NCBI GenBank assembly: GCA_965261735.1
Contig: OZ253470.1
Coordinates: 384,001 to 448,000 of the forward strand
Direction: 5' to 3'
From: Alphaproteobacteria bacterium
GTDB taxonomy: Bacteria > Pseudomonadota > Alphaproteobacteria > SHVV01
Length of the DNA stretch: 64,000 bases
A program made the translations under genes and the position numbers. This document shows, piece by piece, positions 55,468 to 64,000 of this stretch; the first letter of the stretch is position 1, and the number at the start of each line of letters is the position of its first letter. Under the pieces are notes generated by a model. The model worked only from the letters and a program-made list of their open reading frames with translations. It ran no database searches and was not told where the DNA came from.

Positions 55468-56845
55468 ATGGAGTGGACGCCTCCTCCCGACGGCATCTGC
55501 ATGTGCCAAGGTGGTGTTGTAGTTCGACCCCCTGAAGGAGGAGGCATCCGTGGAACAGGTTACCATCGTCGGGATTGATTTGGCGAAGCGCAGCTTTCAG
55601 CTTCATGGTGCTGGGGCGGACGGCTCTGTCGCGTTCCGCAGGAAGCTGAGCCGGGAGAGATTGCTTGAGTTTCTCGCTTCTCAGCCGCGCTGCGTGGTCG
55701 CGATGGAGGCTTGCGCGGGCGCTCATCAATGGGGCCGCGAGATCGGACAGCTCGGCCACGATGTGAGGTTGCTCCCGCCGATCTACGTCAAGCCGTTCGT
55801 GAAGCGGCATAAGAACGACATGGCGGACGCAGAGGCGATCTGCGAGGCGGCGCAGCGCCCGACGATGCGCTTCGTGGCGGTGAAGACGGAAGAACAGCAG
55901 GCCAGGGGAATGTTGTTCCACACGCGCGACCTTCTGGTGCGCCAGCGCACGCAGACGATCAACGCGTTGCGGGGCCACCTGGCGGAGTTCGGCGTCGTCG
56001 CGCCGCAGGGACCGGCTCATGTCGATCGGCTGGCATCGGCCCTCCAGGATCCAGGTTCAGGGCTGCCGGGATCGGTCCGTGAGCTGGGCGCCCTTCTGTT
56101 CGATCGGATCGAGGACCTCGATGCGAAGATCGCTGGATTGAGGAGGGAGCTCCGCGCCCGCGCGTGTCAGGACGAAGAGGCGGCACGGGTCATGACGATC
56201 CCCGGCATTGGGCCGATCACCGCAACGGCAGTCCAGGCCTTCGCACCGCCGATGGAGAGCTTCCGGCGCGGCCGCGACTTCGCGGCCTGGCTCGGGCTCG
56301 TGCCGCGACAGTACACGACCGGCGGCAAGCCAAGGCTTGGCAGGATATCGAAGATGGGCCAACGCGATCTGAGGCGGCTGTTGATCACGGGCGCCATGGC
56401 TGTGGTCAGCTGGGCGGCTCGTCGTGGCGAAACGAACGCCCCCTGGCTGGCCAGGATGCTCGCCCGCAAGCCGAGAATGCTGGTCGCGGTGGCGCTGGCC
56501 AACCGGATGGCACGCATCGTCTGGGCGGTGACGACGAAGAAGGAGAGCTACCGGGCTCCCGCCGCCGCCTGAGAGGGCGGCGAAAGGCGGAGAGCCGTCG
56601 GGGATGTGGGCAGGTCGGAGGACAGGTAAGGGCAAACGGTCGATCGAGACGGGATCGGGAAAACCAGTCGTGGTACACGGAGCTTTCAAGCCCGCAAAAA
56701 TGATCTTGGACCCGGCCCGCGCATCTCCATACAGGCCCGCGGCGTCAAACCAGCCGCATCATGAGGCCGGACAGATGACTAAACCTGACCGCATGTGCCG
56801 AACCGTCCGAAGAAAGGCTTGCATCAACGGAGGCGTCCACAGATG
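55468..56845 (+). mobile_element. IS1111-subgroup (IS110 family) element 2; recombinase 55550-56572
   Basis: GIDLAK, MEAC, KNDMADA; subterminal IRs gtggacgcctcc / ggaggcgtccac; TG core. Confidence 0.95.
56573..56825 (+). ncRNA. Putative bridge/seek RNA of IS1111 element 2 (boundaries approximate)
   Basis: cgtggtaca (56669-77) and cgcaaaaatg (56693-702) match the flanks; ctccat (56725-30) and acagatga (56771-78) match the circle junction. Confidence 0.82.
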
Positions 56846-56940
56846 TACCACGGGCTCGGTGGTAGCTTGTCCGCGTAGTCCATGGGAGGGACCCGCGCGC
56901 GGGGCGACGCGCCCTCCGCGCGATCGAAGGCAGGCTGCGA

Positions 56941-57565
56941 TTGTCTCGCGCGGTGAACAGCGCACGCGATGTCGTCGCGCAGAAAACCAAAGGCGTCCCA
57001 CTTTTTAACGCGTCGGCGGCGCTCAAGCATGCTCTCGATGACGAAACTTTCGCCAGTCTGCCAGGCAAACTGCCGGACTTGGAAGCCAGATTGAATGCCG
57101 CCCTCGGCTGGCATGTCAAACAGCTCGCCGATGAAAAGCTGAGACTAAAAGCACTGGCGTCACGTTTCTTTCTACCTGCTGAGGACCTCACCGTATCGGC
57201 GACCTGTCCGCTCTGCGCCCAACACCTGACAACGGAGCATCAGCTTGCCCTCGCGGCTGAGCTCGGCGCCCTGAAGGTCGACGCGGACGCTGCGGAACGC
57301 GCTATTGATGACGCGTGCTCGGACATCCACAAAACGCTTCTCGTCCTTTTGCCACAACCAATTCAGGACCAATTCGCAAAGCTTGCATCAATGAACCCCG
57401 CCGCAGATTACGGGATCGCCGTTCGAGACCGGTTCGTGAGGCCAACGCCTTTCTCCGATGTGCTTGTCGGCATTGCCCGGTCGGTCGAGAGCCAAATCGC
57501 ATCGCAGACCAAATCGCTACCCGGCTTCCAGCATCCGCCATTCGAGCCGCGGTCTAAGCCGGAGC
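56941..57565 (+). pseudogene. Internal fragment of a coiled-coil protein with a CPLC zinc-hook-like motif (SMC/Rad50-like?)
   Basis: Helical sequence flanking 'TCPLCAQHL'; both ends missing. Confidence 0.4.
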
Positions 57566-58591
57566 CCGGCCGAACCGCTGGAGGCCGTGATCCGGCGTCG
57601 CGGATCGAGCCGCCGGTTTACCGGCAAAAGCATCTCCTTCACCGCGCTCTCGACGATCCTGGACCGGACCGACCGCGCCATTGCCGCGGACTTTCTGGCC
57701 CCCTCCGGAGCGTCCCTCTGCGACCTCTATCTGATCGTCAACGCCGTCGACGGGCTCCCCGCAGGAACCTACGCATACAGGCCCGCGCACGGCGGGCTGG
57801 AGCCGCTCCGCGAGGGAACGTTTCGGGAGGAAGCGACGGCCTTGGCGCTGGGGCAGGACCTGGCGGGCGAGGCCAGCGTCAACCTCTACTTCCTCGCCAA
57901 CCTGCAACGCGTGACGGCGCGCTTCGGCGATCGCGGCTATCGCGCGGCCGAGCTCGAAGGGGGGATACGGGGCGGCAGGGTCTATCTCGCCGCCTATGCG
58001 CTGGGACTGGAGGCCACGGGGCTGACCTTCCTCGATGACGACGTGACCGCATTCTTCTCGCCCCACGCGGCCGACAAATCGGTCATGTTCCTCGCGGCCG
58101 TGGGCCGGCCGGGCCGGCCTTACGCCGTTTCCTGAGCGGGGTATCTGGTGTCGAGCCGATGGCGTCCAAATTAGTGACGGTTTTCGGGGGATCGGGATTC
58201 CTCGGCCACCGGATCGTGGAACACCTGGCCGCAGCGGGGCACGACGTGCGTGTGGGCGTGCGCCATCCCGACCGCGCCGCCTTCCTGCGGCGGCTCGACG
58301 CGGACGGCCGGATCGAGCTGGTGCACGCAGATGTATGGGACGAGGCGACGGTCACACGGGCGGTGAACGGCGCGACTTCGGTCATCAACACCGTCGGCCA
58401 CTATGTCGAGAAAGGAGGCACGACATTCGATAGGATCCACGGCGAAGGAGCCCTGCACGTCGCCAGGCAGACGAAGCAGGCGGGGGTCCTGCGACTGATC
58501 CATATCTCAGGCCTGGGCGCCGATCCCGGGTCGGACTCGCCTTACGTCCGTGCCCGGGGGACCGGAGAAAGCCTCGTCAAGGAGGCCTTCG
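57566..58591 (+). repeat. 1026-bp direct duplication of 13483-14508 (3' SagB-like plus 5' SDR)
   Basis: Same sequence and translations in both places. Confidence 0.95.
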
Positions 58592-59124
58592 GCCCGCCGC
58601 GCGATCGAGAGAGATTCGTTTGCCCAGTCGAGCGGCGCCGGCGATGCCAGCCAGGCCTGTCGCCGATCGGGCGCAATCCTCGCATGCAGAAGCTTTCCGA
58701 ACGGATGGATGTCACCGACCCAGTGACCGAGGAACTTGAGCGCTGCCAGCTTTTGGCCGTCCGATGTTTCCCGCGCGGATAGCACGGCGACATCGTGCGC
58801 GATGGCCGTGAAGAGGCAGCGGTCGGTCTCATGGCAATCCGGATCGCCGATGACGATCCAGCTCCTGGGGACGTTGATGTAGTGCTCGGGCCGGCGCGCC
58901 CTTTGCGCCGGAACCCGGAAGTCCGGCCAGACGCAGGACTCGCGGAAGGTCCTGATCCGGTCGTCCGTCTCGAGCGCGATTAGGAAGTTGACGCGCTCCT
59001 TCGCGCCGGGAGGGAGCTCCCGGTAGGCGATCTCGCAGACCGCCTCATGGCCATCGGCGCCGAAGCCAGATGCCCCCGTCGGGTGGCAGACCGCCAAAGC
59101 GGCGACCAGGACAAGAAAACGCAT
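58592..59124 (-). pseudogene. S1/P1 nuclease, internally deleted and 3' truncated
   Basis: Signal peptide; 'FGADGH', 'WPD', 'HYIN', 'LKFLGHWVGDIH', 'WANES'. Confidence 0.85.
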
Positions 59125-59281
59125 TCCGTCTCTCCGGATCACGATGGGCTAACGCCCGCCGTCGACCCCATACCGAGCGTCCACGTGACCGCCGCCGTTC
59201 CCCCGGCGATCGCACCCTCGCGGCCGCTGCCCGGGAGAGAGCACTCGGTGCCGGAGCCCCGTCCACACGGAGATCGCAACC

Positions 59282-59521
59282 ATGACCACCAACATCACGG
59301 ACCAACACCGCCACGCCTTCTAGACACTGGCCAGCGGCCGCTATGAGAATTTCGCCCTCGTCTCCTGCTTCTGCGCAGGGGAACCGGCAGCGGCCATCGC
59401 CACCGTCACCGTCCACCCCGCCGGCGAGGACGGCGGCGAGGACGCATACCTCATCACCCCGTTCTTCATCTCGATCATGCCGGGAATACGACTGACCGAC
59501 CACGACGGCCGCGAGCCATAA
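59282..59521 (+). pseudogene. Small plasmid/ICE-type hypothetical gene with an in-frame TAG
   Basis: MTTNITDQHRHAF*TLASGRYENFALVSCF...YLITPFF. Confidence 0.45.
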
Positions 59522-59637
59522 CCGGGATGCCCCTGCGCTCGCCGATCGAGACCTGTTGGACAAAGCGGCGGCCGCGTCCGTTCACCCGGCCTCAGCGCAA
59601 CTCGCCTCCTTGCGGGCGGGAGCACGGATATGGAGGA

Positions 59638-60474
59638 TTATGCGGGCGCGGCCCGCGGTATCAGGCTGGTCCGATGTCGATGCGCTCGCCCCAGGGCTCG
59701 CGGTATCGATCGCCGTGCGGGGGGGGCCCAGACGACCCAGGCCACAGGATATGGGGGCGCGGCCTCGGGGTAGCTGTCGCATTCCATATCGGTCAGGTAG
59801 AGGCAGCAGTTTGGATGCACCCCATGCTCATGGAGCCATGCGAAGCCGGGCCGGAAATCGGTCCCGCCGCGGCCCTTGATCGTGATGCTGTCCGGTAGTT
59901 CCCCGGCGGAATACTCGGCCGCGTCCTGCAGCACCGCGTCGACCTGAAGGACGAAGATGCTGTCCGGTTGCAGTTCGGCGGCGATTTCGCGGACCTCGGC
60001 CCAGAACAGGGCCAGCGTTTCGCCCGGCAGCGAGGCGGAGGTATCGATGATGATGGCGATGGCATCGATGCCCTTCGAGTGCATCGAGGGCAGATAGAGG
60101 CCGCTGTCGATGAAACGCCGGTTGGGAACGCTCCAGCTATAATCGCGGCGCGCGGCATCGGTCATGTAGCGGCGCAACAGCGACCGCCAGTCGAGGATGC
60201 TCCGGTGTGCTTGCCGGATCGTCTCTTCGACCGCGCCTGGCGCGTTGCCTTGCGCCCGTGCGAGGCTCGCGGCTTGGTGCATGGCCTCGTCCCACGCCTG
60301 CTCCTCGGCGGGTGTGTCCAGAGGCGATTCGCCGGACTGGCCGGTGGCATCGTCGCGGCGTTCGTCCGCGTCCATGACCTCGCCGGCCCTGGGGGCCTCG
60401 TCGCTACGCTCCTCGGCCCCCAGGGCCGGAACGGAAACCTCATTCAATGTCATCGAGTCTCTCTCTGCGGTCAT
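59638..60474 (-). pseudogene. VWA-like domain protein (DUF2201-associated) C-terminal fragment
   Basis: 'DWRSLLRRY', 'IIDTSAS', 'GRGGTDFRP', 'YLTD'. Confidence 0.75.
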
Positions 60475-60489
60475 CGGTTTTCACCTCCA

Positions 60490-60662
60490 CCGCCCTACAG
60501 AAATTCCAAAGGTTGCTGGTGTCTCAGTGATGTTGGCAGAGAGGGCGGGTCCACGAGACGATCCGCATGACGCCGGCGATGATGCTTGGCGTGGCCGATC
60601 ATATTTGGAGCGTGGGCGAGTTGATCGAGGTCGCTGCGAGCTCGGATTTCCTAAATAGGACA
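60490..60662 (+). mobile_element. IS1-like transposase C-terminal remnant
   Basis: 'TPAMMLGVADHIWSVGELI'. Confidence 0.55.
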
Positions 60663-60778
60663 GCGCCATCGCTTGGGCGGGTTGACTATGATCGGGGACA
60701 AGGAGGAGGTTGCCGCGCCGGCAAACTCCCGGGTAATGACTGTGCTGCAAAGGCGCAGTGCAGATAGGGAGCAGTCCA

Positions 60779-61780
60779 ATGTCGAAACTGACCATGCCAC
60801 TGGCGGCGGCACTGATGGTTGCCGGTGCCCTTGTCCTTGCGCGGGGCGCAGATGCGGCCTGCGGCAAGGTGACGATCGCGGAGATGACCTGGGCCTCGGC
60901 TGGGGTGGCGGCCCATGTCGAGGACATCATCCTCAAGGAGGGCTACGGTTGCGATACCGAGGTGGTGCCGGGCGACACGGTGCCCACCGTCACCTCTATG
61001 ACGGAGAAGGGCGAGCCAGACATCGCGCCCGAGGTCTGGATCAACTCCGCGCGCGAGGTCGTCGAGGCGGCGGTGGCGGAGGGCCGGCTCACGATCGCCG
61101 GCGAGATCCTCTCCGACGGCGGCGAGGAAGGCTGGTGGGTGCCCACCTATGTGGTGGAGCAGAATCCGGAACTCACCACCCTGCAGGAAGTCATCAAGCG
61201 GCCCGACCTCTTCCCCGACAAGGAAGAGCCGGGCAAGGGGCGCTTCTACGGCTGCCCGCCGGGCTGGGCCTGCGAGATCGTCAACCGCAACCTCTACATG
61301 GCCTATGGCCTGGACGACGCCGGGTTCACGCTGTTCAACCCCGGCTCGGGCGAGGGGCTGGCGGGTGCCATCGCCAGCGCCTATGAACGCGGCAACCCGA
61401 TCTTCGCGTACTACTGGGCGCCGACCGCGCTGCTCGGCAACTACCCGATGGTCAAGCTCGGCGGGATGGAGCACGACCCCGCGACGTGGCCGTGCATCAT
61501 CGACAAGGATTGCGCCGACCCGCAGCCCAACATGTATGCTAAATCGGTGGTGATCACGGTGGTGACCTCGAGCTTCGCCGAGAGCGCACCCGAGGCCTTC
61601 GAGTTCGTTTCCAACGTCTCCTGGTCCAATTCCTTCCTTAACGGCCTGCTCGCATGGAAGGACGAAAATCAGGCGACCACGCGGGAAGCGGCGGAGCACT
61701 TCCTCAAGAACAATGAGGACGTGTGGGGCGCCTGGGTGCCTGCCGAGGTCGCGGCGAAGGTCAAGGCGGCTCTGATGTAG
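60779..61780 (+). CDS. proX: Glycine betaine/proline ABC transporter substrate-binding protein
   Basis: 'CGKVTIAEMTWAS', 'CPPGWAC', 'YYWAPT'; permease and ATPase absent. Confidence 0.88.
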   Translation: MSKLTMPLAAALMVAGALVLARGADAACGKVTIAEMTWASAGVAAHVEDIILKEGYGCDTEVVPGDTVPTVTSMTEKGEPDIAPEVWINSAREVVEAAVAEGRLTIAGEILSDGGEEGWWVPTYVVEQNPELTTLQEVIKRPDLFPDKEEPGKGRFYGCPPGWACEIVNRNLYMAYGLDDAGFTLFNPGSGEGLAGAIASAYERGNPIFAYYWAPTALLGNYPMVKLGGMEHDPATWPCIIDKDCADPQPNMYAKSVVITVVTSSFAESAPEAFEFVSNVSWSNSFLNGLLAWKDENQATTREAAEHFLKNNEDVWGAWVPAEVAAKVKAALM

Positions 61781-61989
61781 CCTGGCGGCTGGTCAGTCGC
61801 CGATCGGAAGAGGCCGCGCGGCCCTCTCCCCCGCCCCGTCCCGGCACGAGTGGGAACGGCATGTCCTCGGGGGTGAACCGTGACCGACTGGGTCCTGAAT
61901 TTTCCTACTCTCGACATTGACCGCCGCCCGGCAGCGCGGAGCGGCCGATCAACAGCCTACTGATTGTGCGCATTCAAGATCAGGCCCTT

Positions 61990-62135
61990 CGCGCGTTTCG
62001 CCAGTCGCGAGGGGATATCCGGCAAGCAGGCCACCCGCAATGCTTTCGGATATCCGCACCGCGGACTGGCGCAGCGAATCCTTCGCCAGATGCGCGTAGC
62101 GCGCCGTCGTCTCGACCTGCGTGTGTCCGGGTAGG
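61990..62135 (-). pseudogene. Tyrosine integrase C-terminal fragment
   Basis: 'GHTQVETTARYAHL..DSLRQSAVRISESIA'. Confidence 0.75.
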
Positions 62136-62176
62136 TGTTATTCGGCGCCGAACCTTGGCCCGTCAGACTCTGGCAA

Positions 62177-62982
62177 GGTGCTGTCAACTTAACGAAGGCA
62201 GGTCGCAGTTGAACGTCTGAACTGAGCGGCTCAAGCAGCAGCGGTCACGGTCCGCCACGTGTTCATCGCGTCACCGCGGAATTGGCGCATTGTCTTGCGA
62301 GTGATCAGATGACGTTGGACATTGAAGGTGTTGTAGATGGCGGCGTGGGTGGAGAGAAACCTTTGCGCCGATCCTGATGACTTGAAGCCCTGCATCCTGC
62401 GTTCTCGTTGTCGAACCGGCAGGTGCGAATTCTCCGCCCGATTGTTGCTCCGTCCGCCGGTAACGTGTTTCCCCGTCATGTTGAGATCACGCAATGCTGC
62501 CCCGTAAGATGGCAGTTTATCGGTCACCACCTTATTCGGCGCATACCCCTGCTTCTTGAGCAGTTTGCGCATCAGCTTGAGTGCTGCTTTCTTGTTCCTC
62601 CGGGACTGAACCAAGATAGCCAGCACCTCACCCTCGCTGTCCACCGCCCGCCATAGATACATCCGTTTTCCGTTGATGGAGGAAAACACCTCATCAAGGT
62701 GCCACCGGTCGTCTGGTCGAGGGCGTGATTGTCTCAGTTTTCGGGCATAGGCCTGCCCAAACTTTAAAGACCAGCGCCGTATCGTCTCGTAAGAAACATC
62801 GACACCACGTTCAGCGAGCAGATCCTCCACATCGCGGTAACTGAGCGGAAACCGGAAACACAGCCAGACGGCGCGCTGGATTATCTCTGCAGGAAACCGA
62901 TGTCGGCGGTAGCTGATCTTGTTCATAACAGGAAGCTACTCGCCACCCGCAGCTGACACCAGCCAGTTACCGTGACAGCACC
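62177..62982 (-). mobile_element. IS6-family element C, complete (transposase 62231-62926)
   Basis: TIRs ggtgctgtca / tgacagcacc; DDE motifs. Confidence 0.95.
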
Positions 62983-63172
62983 TTGGGGCGGAGCTACAGA
63001 GCTCACGGTGGCGCCTAAGCGCACTGACCTAGGCGACTTTCCGAACTACCGGACGCACCGCCACCGCCTCTACGGCGAACAGGAAGGCGTGTGTGTCGGC
63101 TGCGACACGCACTTCCCGTTCCGGGTGATGGACGTTGACCACATGCTGCCCCGCTCCAAGGGCGGGACCGAC
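62983..63172 (+). pseudogene. HNH endonuclease domain fragment
   Basis: 'QEGVCVGC...VDHMLPRSKGGTDH', cut on both sides. Confidence 0.75.
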
Positions 63173-63955
63173 CATCACGGTGAGCATGCGGAACTTCCTC
63201 CCATCGTGTGTTCGATCCATGACGAAGTCATAGGACCAGACGTGATGGGGCCAGCACGGCCGCAGACGGATGCAGGATCCGTCGTTGAGCCACAGCCGGC
63301 CCCGTTTCGGTTGCTTCTGTGGGACCTTCAGCCCCTCCCGCCGCCAGATGCGCTGGACCCGCTTGGCGTTCACGTGCCAACCTTCGGTCCTGAGCAAGGC
63401 AGTGATCCGCCGATAGCCATATCTGCCATACTGGCTGGCCAAGCGGATGATCGCGGCCGTGAGTGCCTCTTCATCATCCCAACCACGGGGTCTCTTGCGC
63501 TGGGTTGAGCGATGTTGGCCTGCAACAGCACAGGCACGTCGCTCGGAGATTCCCAATTCGGCCTGGAGATGATCAACACACTGCCGGCGACGGGCGGGGC
63601 TTAGCAATTTCCCTCAAGCGCCTCTTTCAAGATCAGCTTATCCAACGTCAGATCCGAGATCGCCTTCCGGAGACGGCCATTCTCCTTCTCCAGGTCCTTC
63701 AGACGCTTGGCCTGGTCAGTACGAAGGCCGCCATATTCCTTGCGCCAGCGATAGTAACTCTGCTCCGATACGCCGAGCGTGCGACAAGCTTGACCAATGG
63801 ACTGGCCCTGCGCCAAGGCCACCTCGGCTTCGCGCAACATGCTGATAATCTGTTCTGGGGTGTAGCGTTTACGGCTCATTTTGTCCTCCTTTCGAGGGGG
63901 CAAAATGCGCCAAACTCTCTTAACAAATCTGGACCACTTTTAGGGGGTCACTCCA
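63172..63955 (-). mobile_element. IS3-family (IS407-like) element, 3' truncated; orfA 63601-63879
   Basis: 'KRYTPEQII', 'YGRYGYRRI', 'VWSYDFV'; GGGAAA at the orfA/orfB overlap. Confidence 0.9.
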
Positions 63956-64000
63956 TTGCCGTGGCACGCCGAATGTGGAGCCCATCACGCTATACTCAGC

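Larger units (their letters stand above)
55422..56940 (-). mobile_element. IS21 right-end remnant interrupted by IS1111
   Basis: tgtcaacggcggcgggaatatgtacc..ggcggcgcaaaaatg|taccac..gtagtccatgggagggacccgcg parallels the IS21 ends at 10940 and 25772. Confidence 0.85.

Noticed and set aside
56941-58038. 365-aa fusion protein
   Set aside because: It is a gene scrap reading out of frame into the duplicated SagB-like segment.

Overview
GC-rich, Alphaproteobacteria-like accessory DNA that is largely an insertion-sequence graveyard. It holds roughly 30 complete, nested or truncated IS copies (IS6, IS256, IS21, IS3, IS1595, IS1182, IS5, IS1111/IS110, IS1) among intact and shredded cargo genes. It begins with the drmD-drmMI half of a class I DISARM-like defence locus whose downstream genes are absent. 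Two things stand out. (i) An apparently intact, translationally coupled DUF3489-like / DUF2924-like / large serine recombinase module is followed directly by a ~550-bp array of WWTCCCTGTT boxes, partly phased at 21 bp, around a candidate crossover site. (ii) Two IS1111-type elements have 3' non-coding regions with readable bridge/seek-RNA guide segments matching their actual flanks and their own circle junctions; one sits inside an IS21 terminal repeat. Also present are a group IIC intron remnant, tRNA-fMet-derived att scars, an IS-free 1026-bp duplication and many internal deletions. All family calls come from motif recognition by eye; no database search was run.
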